Source: an uncultured Bifidobacterium sp. (GTDB taxonomy: Bacteria; Bacteroidota; Bacteroidia; AKYH767-A; OLB10). From it: a stretch of DNA of 64,000 bases. Where the stretch lies: assembly GCA_964534995.1 (NCBI GenBank), contig CAZHSC010000001.1, positions 63,855 through 127,854 on the forward strand, given 5' to 3'. A program made the translations under genes and the position numbers. The notes below the pieces were generated by a model, which was not told where the DNA came from, did no database searches, and saw nothing but the letters and a program-made list of their open reading frames with translations. Shown here one piece after another: positions 9,338 to 17,781 of this stretch (its first letter is position 1; every line of letters begins with the position of its first letter).

Positions 9338-10375
9338 TCATTTATTATTCATTTTGTTTTTTCTGTAATCGGCCCAGTTCATGCTTTTATAAAAATTGTT
9401 GCCATAATAATCGAGGATTTCGGCAAGTACGGATGGTCCCAGGTAAAATGGTATGGCATCTATCGGTTGCCCTTGCTCATCAAGTATGGCAACGGTAGGT
9501 AAAATGAAGTTCTTTTTTGTTAACTCAAGTGCGAGGGGATGAAATGGAAATTTATCATCCGGGAGTTTTTGATATAATTTATTATTCCAGAACAGGGGCT
9601 TGTTGTTTTCGGGATTAAAATCGATCAGGGTGAATTTCGTGAGAATTTCAGTCAAAGCGCTATCAGTAAAAACTCCGCGTTCCATCACCCGGCAGGAATT
9701 GCACCAGGGGGTATGAAGAAATACAAGTCTCTTCAAACTGTCATTGAAATTACCGTCAAAGACCTGCTCTGGCATCAGCCATTTAAGTTTCTGTATCCTC
9801 CCGCTAATGGTGGTATCGTAAAATGCAGTATTAAAAGTTTGTGTAAAATCTTCGAGTGCGGTACTCCTGAAAACATTTTCGAGGGTATAAACCAGAATGG
9901 GTTCTATTTTTTGTTTATCAAGATATCCGGGTACCAGCATTTTAACCTGAAATTCGTTTTTCACAGGGTCATAGGCATTCAGGAATAAAGTGGTGGGATA
10001 CATCAGTTTCCCTTGCAGTAATTTAACTGCCAGCGGATGTGCTGTTTTCGGGGCTAAGGATGCCGGCATAAAGGTTTCCCCTTCAAAAGTTACGGTGTCC
10101 TTGCCTTCAGCATTAAACTTGACCGGATAAAAATTTTGATTGATATAGTTGGCAAGTGCTTCATCGGCATACGTGGTTGACATCATCCGCTTACACCACC
10201 CGCACCAGTCTGTGTAAAAATCAAGAAGAATAGGTCTGGGTTGTTGTTTGACAGCGTCGTATGCTTCCGGTAAACTCATCCATTTTACACGACTACCGTC
10301 TTTATCCTGGCTAAGGATTTTAACAGGGATAAAGAGACAGGCTAAAATAATTATGGAGATGCGCAGTGATTTCAT
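9338..10375 (-). CDS. secreted protein with two thioredoxin-fold domains
   Basis: The signal peptide MKSLRISIIILACLFIPVKILSQ starts at ATG 10375. There are two CxxC motifs in thioredoxin-like context: DFYTDWCGWCKRM and LHTPWCNSCRVM. Confidence 0.8.
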   Translation of the reverse strand: MKSLRISIIILACLFIPVKILSQDKDGSRVKWMSLPEAYDAVKQQPRPILLDFYTDWCGWCKRMMSTTYADEALANYINQNFYPVKFNAEGKDTVTFEGETFMPASLAPKTAHPLAVKLLQGKLMYPTTLFLNAYDPVKNEFQVKMLVPGYLDKQKIEPILVYTLENVFRSTALEDFTQTFNTAFYDTTISGRIQKLKWLMPEQVFDGNFNDSLKRLVFLHTPWCNSCRVMERGVFTDSALTEILTKFTLIDFNPENNKPLFWNNKLYQKLPDDKFPFHPLALELTKKNFILPTVAILDEQGQPIDAIPFYLGPSVLAEILDYYGNNFYKSMNWADYRKNKMNNK

Positions 10376-10538
10376 CCGTTCATTTGTTTTCCGGACAAAG
10401 ATACAGCACCATCCCGGAAATTCATGCAGCGTACGTGGGCTGGTCCGGTGAAAATATTGCAGGAGTGCCCTCATTAGCGGTATTGAGTCCTTAATGAACC
10501 GGAACGGCACAACTGCAGTATCATTAAATGATATAACT

Positions 10539-10615
10539 ATTTATTATACGCCTTGTACCGTTATAAATTGTGAATTTATTGCAAGGGCGGAGCTGAATGG
10601 CCCCTTTGGATGGAA
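10539..10615 (+). repeat. solitary diverged copy of the 5' part of the 242-bp module found at 12781-13580
   Basis: The layout is ATTTATTATACG, then 32 nt, then AAGGG..hairpin..CCCTT, then TTTGGATGGAAT. Array unit 1 has ATTTATTATACG, then 30 nt, then AAGGGGTGGGGA..TCCCC, then ATTTTTAAGGAAT. This is a hand alignment only. Confidence 0.4.
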
Positions 10616-10948
10616 TCGTAAGCATAAATCCTGAATTTCAAAAGCATGAAATCTGTAGATGGATCCTTATAATTGTTCATTTTCCAATTGACCAATTTGC
10701 ACTATGTAAGTTTAAATGCGCACATCTGAAGGCATTATAGCGACTGGTTGAAAACCGTTTAAGAATCCGGAATTGACAGGATAAATTTGTAAAGCGGATT
10801 TATTATATCTTTATAGCTGGCTTTGTAGTAGTGGAATTACTAATCTCAGGTTTTTTAGAACCTGATAAGTACAGCATGGTACAGGAGCATATAACCTGAT
10901 AGTTTGCAACACGATATATTATTTGTTTAAATAGTAATGACCTGAACT

Positions 10949-12265
10949 GTGAATCGACCTGCCTTCAAAGAAGCCATAAAATTCTGGATTAAGCTGGGCT
11001 TTATAAGTTTTGGAGGTCCTGCTGGTCAAATTGCCATCATGCATGAGTTCCTGGTAGAAAAGAAGAAGTGGATCAGCGACAGTAAATTTCTACACGCTTT
11101 GAATTATTGTATGATACTGCCGGGACCCGAAGCACAGCAATTGGCTACTTATATTGGCTGGATGTTACATGGCATCCGGGGCGGCCTTGCGGCAGGAATT
11201 TTCTTTGTGCTTCCTTCTATGCTTGTACTTTTTGCCCTGAGCGTTTTATACGTTTCATTTGGAAATATTCCCTGGATTTATGCGATGTTCAGCGGGCTTA
11301 AACCCGCTGTCATTGCAATTGTAATACTTGCTCTTGTTAAAATAAGTAAAAAATCTCTGCAAAGTACTTTTCATTTCATCATTGCTATCATTGCTTTTAT
11401 TTGTATTTATTTCCTCGAAATTCCTTTTCCTTTAATTATCGTGGGATCGATAATCACTGCTATTATTGTAAGGAAATATTTTAGTAATATTTTGTCAAAG
11501 GGCCATTCTCATAAATCAGGATGGGGTGATAAAGATGAAAGTATTTATTATATAAACAGATTTACAGTTGTTGAAAATGCGGGATTCAATCTACACAGAT
11601 TTTGGAGGCCAATATCACTTGGGCTTTTACTCTGGACCATACCCATGATAGCCTTTTACTATTTCACAAGTGACTTTGTTTTTTGGAAGGAATTGTCCTT
11701 GTTCTTCACACAAGCGGCATTCGTAACTTTCGGGGGTGCTTATGCGGTCTTACCCTACGTGGCGCAGGTTAGTGTTGAGAAATTTAACTGGTTAACTTCT
11801 GCACAAATGATTGATGGACTGGCTTTGGGTGAAACAACACCGGGCCCGCTGATTATGGTACTGGTATACGTTGGTTTCATGGCAGGATACAATCACTTTG
11901 GGAGTTCTTTGGTAATGGGAACAGTAGGCCTGCTAACAACTACATTTTATACCTTTTTACCTTGTTTCCTCTTTATTTTTACAGGGGCCCCAATCATAGA
12001 AAGGACCCATGATAATGAAAAAATAAAAGAGATGCTGTCCGTTGTAACAGCAGCAGTAGTAGGTGTAATTCTCAATCTTACCCTTTATTTTTCTAAAGCA
12101 GTGATGTTTCCTTCAGTGGTTTCTTTTTCGGGCCTTGATTATGTTTCTTTGAGTTGGACTGTAGTATCATTCATGGCAATGTACCGTTTCAGGATAGGTA
12201 TGATAGCCTGGATTGGCATCAGTGCCCTTTTTGGAATTATTTCTTATTGGATGACACAGGTGTAA
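10949..12265 (+). CDS. chrA: chromate transporter (two CHR domains)
   Basis: 438-aa polytopic protein. The N-terminal half has FISFGGPAGQIAIMH and the C-terminal half has FVTFGGAYAVLPY, which is the duplicated CHR-family signature. It uses a GTG start. Confidence 0.88.
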   Translation: MNRPAFKEAIKFWIKLGFISFGGPAGQIAIMHEFLVEKKKWISDSKFLHALNYCMILPGPEAQQLATYIGWMLHGIRGGLAAGIFFVLPSMLVLFALSVLYVSFGNIPWIYAMFSGLKPAVIAIVILALVKISKKSLQSTFHFIIAIIAFICIYFLEIPFPLIIVGSIITAIIVRKYFSNILSKGHSHKSGWGDKDESIYYINRFTVVENAGFNLHRFWRPISLGLLLWTIPMIAFYYFTSDFVFWKELSLFFTQAAFVTFGGAYAVLPYVAQVSVEKFNWLTSAQMIDGLALGETTPGPLIMVLVYVGFMAGYNHFGSSLVMGTVGLLTTTFYTFLPCFLFIFTGAPIIERTHDNEKIKEMLSVVTAAVVGVILNLTLYFSKAVMFPSVVSFSGLDYVSLSWTVVSFMAMYRFRIGMIAWIGISALFGIISYWMTQV

Positions 12266-12366
12266 GAGATATAAAAGCAGTTTGTTTTTCGTATTCGATT
12301 TGATGTTTTTGCTGCCTTGCGTTATCTCATTTTTGCTGTTATCCCCGGAACGGGAATTTGGCAAGT

Positions 12367-12393
12367 AAACACTTTATAGAGTGTTTGATTTTT
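12367..12393 (+). terminator. weak AU-rich hairpin + T-tract downstream of chrA
   Basis: AAACACT-TTATAG-AGTGTTT is followed by GATTTTTG, about 100 nt after the chrA stop. Confidence 0.35.
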
Positions 12394-12845
12394 GCACTAC
12401 TTAAGTGAAATGATGGAAACTGATAATTTTTATATGTATAAATCAATATGTTAAAATGCAATTAATTTAATCAGCGAAATCAAATGTATGGATGGAGCTT
12501 TTCCATCCTTCTTAACGGCATCCATTCACTTAATAATGTAAAAAAGCAGGTAAAACGCCGGTAAAACGTTTGTTATTTTAATTTGCTGACTTATTATTGT
12601 TGTGAGAACGGAGAGGCAGGTTTATCATATGGAAAGCATCCCGGGGGGCAGAAATCATAGATTGCAGAAGTTCTCAACAACTTCCGTTTATAAGGTAATG
12701 GGTTACATTCCAGTTTAACAGGAATCCAGGGGCGAGAAACGGATAACCCTGCAAGCGTAACAAATGATAGCTAAGCTTGTGTAATTGTATAAAAGCATTT
12801 ATTATACGGTTAAATATTTTCTATGAAGTAATTTTGTGAAGGGGT

Positions 12846-12867
12846 GGGGATAGCCTTCCCCATTTTT
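12846..12867 (+). terminator. hairpin + T-tract inside repeat unit 1 (terminator-like)
   Basis: GGGGA-TAGCCT-TCCCC is followed by ATTTTTAA and immediately preceded by TAATTTTG. Confidence 0.35.
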
Positions 12868-13087
12868 AAGGAATTAGTAGAATTTATAATTGTTTGGAGA
12901 AGCTGCATAAAGTGCCTGCATGCAAATATTTTTTATGCAACTAACGATTATCTGTGTTATTTAATCTGGTTATGGGCTTTCCGGGATATCCCGGAAGGCG
13001 GGTTGGATGAGTCTGGTAATTGGTAAACGTATGTAAGCATTTATTATACGATTGCAAATTTTCTATGATGTAATTTTGAACAGGGGC

Positions 13088-13110
13088 GGGGATAGCATCC
13101 CCCATTTTAT
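13088..13110 (+). terminator. hairpin + T-tract inside repeat unit 2 (terminator-like)
   Basis: GGGGAT-AGC-ATCCCC is followed by CATTTTAT and preceded by TAATTTTG. Confidence 0.35.
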
Positions 13111-13330
13111 AGGAAATAGTAGAATTTATAAATGTTTGGAGAAGCTGCATAAAGTGCATACATGCAAATATTTTTTATGCAACTAACGATTATCTGTGTT
13201 ATTTAATCTGGTTATGGACTCTTCGGAGATATCCCGGAAGGCAGGTTGGATGGGCCTGGTAAATGGTAAACGTATATAAGCATTTAATATACGGTTAATT
13301 ATTTTCTTTGATTTAATTTTGAGCAGGGGC

Positions 13331-13353
13331 GGGGATAGCATCCCCCTTTTTTT
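13331..13353 (+). terminator. hairpin + T7 tract inside repeat unit 3 (best terminator-like copy)
   Basis: GGGGAT-AGC-ATCCCC is followed by CTTTTTTT and preceded by TAATTTTG. Confidence 0.45.
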
Positions 13354-13941
13354 ATGGAATTGGTTGAAGTAATATTTGTGTAGTGAATCTGCATAAAGTG
13401 TATGCATGCAAATATTTTTCATACAACTACTGATTATCCGTGATGTATGATAAGATTGAGGTCTTTCCGGAAAGCAAGTTGACAAATCCCGGTAGATGGT
13501 AAACGTATGTAAGCATTTATAATATGATTATTTTTCAATAATTTGATATCTTTAAAACAGGGGTGGGACCGGAGTTCCCCTGGAAATTCATCCCGATAAG
13601 TTCAGATATATGTAATCGAAAATAGTTGTTTATAAAGCGACTGTTACTTTTTTATAGATTCAAATTATTAAAGGGTGCCGACCTGTTGGGCACCATGAAA
13701 GATAGCACTATTGCATCATGATAAACTCCCAAAATTATAATCATGTTCCCGGTATTCATTGAAGTCATGCCTCTATCGGTTTTATGAAGAGTATATCTTT
13801 TTTCAGTTAATTGGGATTGATATTATTTTGGCTTTCTTTAAAGTAGTAAGGAGCGGATGAGAAACTGTTTTGAGAGTTGCAGCTATTCTGCTATTTCGTC
13901 GGACTGAAGCATTGCATTTATAAGCACAGCTATGGACATAA

Positions 13942-13957
13942 CTTTTATGCAACTAAC
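13942..13957 (+). repeat. isolated copy of the CTTTTATGCAACTAAC core motif of the array
   Basis: TTTTATGCAACTAAC is identical to 12931-12945 and 13173-13187, and the upstream context GCATTTATAAGCAC... is loosely similar to the unit core. Confidence 0.35.
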
Positions 13958-14300
13958 AAGGGCTGATGCATTGCTTTGAAACGGAAAATTTTAAAATAAT
14001 GAATCTTTTCGGCTAAATATACAGGAGGAAACACGAAGGCCCGCCGTAATGACCGACACAACTTTATGGATAACCTGTTACACCTGTTAGGCCGGCATGG
14101 CTGTATCGGTCCCCTTTACCCTCTAAACTACAGGGTACATTAATACGAATCACCGTTCACCCCACTTTCCATATTCGTAAGTCCTGGTTCCGTTCCTTAT
14201 TTCGGGAGTTATTACATTTTTTCTCAGTTGCTTGTTCGCTATTTAAAATTTGAGCGTAAGCTTTTTTATATTGTATAGCAGGGAATTTCACCTGACAACC

Positions 14301-17300
14301 TTATTTACCTTCAGGCACTCTTCCGGGTGTCCAGGGTGCTTTCAGCAGGTCTAACTGATGGTCGATTTCTTTGATTTCAGCGGCGATGGATTTCAGTTCA
14401 TCAATGGCTTCATGAAGCTGTTTTGCCGCGACATCAAATGATTTTTTAAAGGTACCTGTGGGTGCGCAGGTGGTGTTCCACATACCCGACTCAATAGTAC
14501 TCACACGGTCGCTGATAGAAGGAACAGTTTCAAACTCGCGTTTGGAAAGGGAGCCGTCGCCGAAAAGCTTTATACTAATGCTGTTTATCCTGCCCTGTGC
14601 CATTTCAACCCTTTGTATCAGTGTAGTGCTGGCGGCAGGCGTTTCGTTGAGTGCGGGCTTTATATATTTCAGTTTATTGGTCAGTTCATGCTGGAATTCA
14701 CCGGCTATACCGGTTTGCCGGCGGAGTTCGTTTACTTTTTGACAGAAATCATCGTACTCTTTTTTATCGGCAGGTGAAAGAGGATTCAGGTGCAGGGAAC
14801 GGATACGGAAGGATTGCGCAGGTGCCAGTGCTGTGGTGATGCCGTCCTCCACCTTACTTAAGGATACGGTATAAGTTCCCGGCATGGCAAGCGGTCCGGG
14901 GCTGAGCTGGTCCCAGGGATTGTTTGGGTCAGGAGTGTAAAAAGTAACCGGCCGTAAGGAAGCATGGCGCAGGTCCCAGGTAATTCGTTTGAGTCCTTTT
15001 TTTGCATCGGCTTTTATAGTTCGGACAGGCTTGCCGTTAGCATCTGAAATGGTAAAGAGGAGGTAAGGTTCGGGTTGTGTGTCTTCCAAACGCATGCTGT
15101 CGGCGGAAGGATAATAAACAGCTTCTCCTCTTTTTATTTTCTCTTTTTCAGCCTCCTGCCTTTTTGCTTTTAATGTTTTAATATCGTCTTTAAGGTAATA
15201 GGTAAATACCGCTCCGGTTTTTGGATTGGGAGTGGTGAAGAAGCTTTCACCCAGGAACCCTTTTAACGGATGTCCGTGCTGTTGATACTCTATAAATTGA
15301 AGCCCTTCCTTAACAGGGAAGAGGAGCGCCTGCTTTTCCAGGTCTTCTTCTTTCAGGTGGCGGAGGGGCGTATAGTCATCCAGGATATAAAATCCACGGC
15401 CGAAGGTAGCCAACACCAGGTCGTTTTCTCTTTCCTGTATGGCCAGATCTCTTACAGCAATGGTAGGCAATCCCCCTTTGAGCTGGACCCATTTCATACC
15501 TCCGTCAATGCTGAAAAACACTCCGAATTCAGTACCGGTAAACAGCAGGTTTTTGTTTACGGCGTCTTCCGCCACACAATAGGTACTTCCGCGTTGTGGC
15601 AGATTGCCGTTTATTGAGGTCCAGGTGTAACCACCATCGGTGCTCTTGTAAATATAGGGTTTGAAATCTCCATAACGGTGATGATTAAACGTAGCATAGA
15701 ACACGTTTCTTTCATGCCTTGAAGGGATGATTTGATTTACATAACTCCGGTCGGGAACACCGGGAAATTTATCCGTCTTTTTCCAGGTTTTACCGCCATC
15801 GGTAGTAATCTGTATCAATCCGTCATCACTACCCGTAACGAGGTGGTTTTCATCAAAGGGGGATTCGGCAATACTTACCAATTGTCCGTAAAAATCAGTT
15901 GACTGGTTTTTAGCTACCGCGTCCATACTCCATACTTTGCCCATCACAGGCAGTTTGTTACGGTCCATTTGCCGGGATAAATCGCCACTGATACAAGTCC
16001 AGTTTTCTCCCCGGTCATCGCTCCTGAATAACTTGTTGGCGCCGAAGTATAAACGTGTATTGCTGAATTTTGAAATGATAAGGGGGGCGTCCCAGTTCCA
16101 GCGCAGTGCAGGTTCATTTTCGCCTTCTACTGGTTTAATGTCAAGAATTTCCCCGCTTTTTTTATCATAGCGGACCAGGCCTCCGTATTGCCATTGAGAG
16201 TAAACGATGTCGGGATTTTTAGGGTCAACTACGGTTTCAAATCCATCGCCGCCAACCGTAAAGTACCAATCCATATTATGTATGCCATTGGCGCTTTTTG
16301 TCCTTGAGGGTCCGCCCAGCGTATTGTTATCCTGCGTACCTCCGTAAACGTTATAAAAAGGTTCAGCGTTGTCAACAGCAACTTTATAAAATTGTGTTAC
16401 CGGCAGGTTGGGTTTGAATTCCCAGTTGGCCCCATGATCAAAAGTTTCGTACAATCCGCCATCACAGCCACTGAGCATATGCCGGGTATCGGCGGGATTG
16501 ATCCACAGGGCATGATTGTCTACATGTTTGTATCGCTCCCCGATATTTTTAAAGGACTTGCCACCATCTGTAGATACATTGATCCAAAAATCCATGTAGA
16601 AGAGTTTGTTTTGATCTTTTGGATCCGCAAAAATTTCCTGGTAGTAATTTCCTGAAGTGCTTACATCGCTGCGCTTTTCCCAGCTCGCACCGCGGTCGGT
16701 CGAACGGAAGGTCCCGCCTTTTTTATCGCTGGCTTCAATCATGCAATACAACACGTCCGGATTGGCGGGTGATATAGCCATGCCGATCCTTCCCATGTCA
16801 ACATCAGGCAAGCCTTTGTGTATTTTATTCCAGGTAGTCCCTGCATCGTTGCTTTTATAAATTGCCGATTCAGGTCCGCCACTGATATAGGTAAAGACCT
16901 GCCGGCGACGTTGATGGGCAGTAGCATACAGTACCTTGTTGTTACGGGGGTCCATGTGTATTTCATTGAATCCGGTATTTTCACTCACGGTAAGTATAGC
17001 TTTCCAGCTCAGGCCACCATCGGTGGTTTTGTATATGCCCCTGTCGCCTCCGGCACTCCACAGGGGTCCATAGGCGGCCACGTAAACGACATCTGAATTC
17101 TCAGGATCAATCACGATCATCCCGATGTGTTCGGAATTCTTAAGGCCCATATTTTTCCAGGTTTTACCGCCGTCTTCTGATTTGTAAACACCATCGCCAT
17201 AAGCTACGCTGCGCTGGTTGTTATTTTCGCCGGTGCCCACCCAAACGATATTTGTATTCTTGGCATCAATCGTAACACATCCTATGGAATAGGATCCTTC

Positions 17301-17588
17301 CTTGTCGAAAACCGGCTGATAGGTTATTCCGGCGTTGATGGTTTTCCAAACACCTCCGGATGCCGCAGCCACGTAGTATTCATTTATATTATTTGGATTT
17401 ACTTCAATGTCGGCGATGCGGCCGGAAGTAAGTGCGGGACCTATGGACCGGAAGGTGAGTCCATCAAAAGTCTGGGTTTTAAAAGGGCCTTCTTTAACAG
17501 CCGCGGCTGTTTCTGTTTTTTTCTTTTGTGCAAGCGAAGGGGATACAATGGAAGTTGCCAGCAGGAGCAGGGTCAGTAATCGTAACAT
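14301..17588 (-). CDS. BNR/Asp-box repeat protein (sortilin/VPS10-like, GH74-like beta-propeller), secreted
   Basis: 1095 aa with the signal peptide MLRLLTLLLLATSIVSPSLAQ. Many S.DGG.TW Asp-box motifs are present: SEDGGKTW, TTDGGLSW, SNDAGTTW, STDRGASW, STDGGKSF, TTDGGKTW, STDGGYTW, SIDGGMKW. Confidence 0.85.
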   Translation of the reverse strand: MLRLLTLLLLATSIVSPSLAQKKKTETAAAVKEGPFKTQTFDGLTFRSIGPALTSGRIADIEVNPNNINEYYVAAASGGVWKTINAGITYQPVFDKEGSYSIGCVTIDAKNTNIVWVGTGENNNQRSVAYGDGVYKSEDGGKTWKNMGLKNSEHIGMIVIDPENSDVVYVAAYGPLWSAGGDRGIYKTTDGGLSWKAILTVSENTGFNEIHMDPRNNKVLYATAHQRRRQVFTYISGGPESAIYKSNDAGTTWNKIHKGLPDVDMGRIGMAISPANPDVLYCMIEASDKKGGTFRSTDRGASWEKRSDVSTSGNYYQEIFADPKDQNKLFYMDFWINVSTDGGKSFKNIGERYKHVDNHALWINPADTRHMLSGCDGGLYETFDHGANWEFKPNLPVTQFYKVAVDNAEPFYNVYGGTQDNNTLGGPSRTKSANGIHNMDWYFTVGGDGFETVVDPKNPDIVYSQWQYGGLVRYDKKSGEILDIKPVEGENEPALRWNWDAPLIISKFSNTRLYFGANKLFRSDDRGENWTCISGDLSRQMDRNKLPVMGKVWSMDAVAKNQSTDFYGQLVSIAESPFDENHLVTGSDDGLIQITTDGGKTWKKTDKFPGVPDRSYVNQIIPSRHERNVFYATFNHHRYGDFKPYIYKSTDGGYTWTSINGNLPQRGSTYCVAEDAVNKNLLFTGTEFGVFFSIDGGMKWVQLKGGLPTIAVRDLAIQERENDLVLATFGRGFYILDDYTPLRHLKEEDLEKQALLFPVKEGLQFIEYQQHGHPLKGFLGESFFTTPNPKTGAVFTYYLKDDIKTLKAKRQEAEKEKIKRGEAVYYPSADSMRLEDTQPEPYLLFTISDANGKPVRTIKADAKKGLKRITWDLRHASLRPVTFYTPDPNNPWDQLSPGPLAMPGTYTVSLSKVEDGITTALAPAQSFRIRSLHLNPLSPADKKEYDDFCQKVNELRRQTGIAGEFQHELTNKLKYIKPALNETPAASTTLIQRVEMAQGRINSISIKLFGDGSLSKREFETVPSISDRVSTIESGMWNTTCAPTGTFKKSFDVAAKQLHEAIDELKSIAAEIKEIDHQLDLLKAPWTPGRVPEGK

Positions 17589-17781
17589 TTGATAGCTAAT
17601 ATTATTTGGACAATAAAAATAGCGGATAACATCATTGGAAGAATGAAATTACGACCACTTTGATTAAAAAACCGACAAACCGCCGGTGGAATCATATATT
17701 GCATTGCAAATGGTAAGTATTTATTGATGCAGGAGTCCTCTTTGTAAAAGTGAAATGTATGTCAGGGCACAGTAAAGGTGA

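Larger units (their letters stand above)
12781..13580. repeat. tandem array of a ~242-bp noncoding module (3 full units + 1 partial)
   Basis: Units start at 12781, 13023, 13266 and 13499, anchored on GTAAACGTAT(G/A)TAAGCATTTA. The periods are 242, 243 and 233 bp. Units 1 and 2 share a 101-nt core (12875-12975 vs 13117-13217) with 3 mismatches by hand alignment. Unit 3 is more diverged, and unit 4 keeps only the first ~85 nt. Confidence 0.9.

Noticed and set aside
12844-13485. Track ORFs inside the tandem array: 12844-13026 (+, 60 aa), 12941-13159 (-, 72 aa) and 13183-13485 (-, 100 aa). The two minus-strand ORFs share the ending ...ITRLNNTDNR.
   Set aside because: The shared ending is just the repeated DNA read in one frame. 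The unit length (242/243 bp) is not a multiple of 3, the equivalent frames are broken by stops or indels in the other units, and the sequences are low-complexity and AT-driven. I treat the array as noncoding.
12781-13580. Possibility that the tandem repeats are a CRISPR array
   Set aside because: The units are ~242 bp, directly abutting and mutually homologous along their full length. There is no alternation of short (25-40 bp) identical repeats with unique spacers, and there are no cas genes in the window.
14051-14179. Three consecutive short hairpins (GACCGA/TCGGTC, TACCCT/AGGGTA, TACGAAT/ATTCGTA) downstream of the BNR gene, considered as a structured ncRNA
   Set aside because: Stems of 6-7 bp are expected by chance in 2 kb of sequence, I saw no match to a known RNA family, and I have no homologues for covariation. 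The region is only worth revisiting if RNA-seq shows a transcript.
12266-14300. Possibility that the gene desert is a replication origin
   Set aside because: I found only loose DnaA-box-like strings (for example TATGGATAA near 14066), no cluster of TTATCCACA-type boxes, and no dnaA or dnaN nearby.
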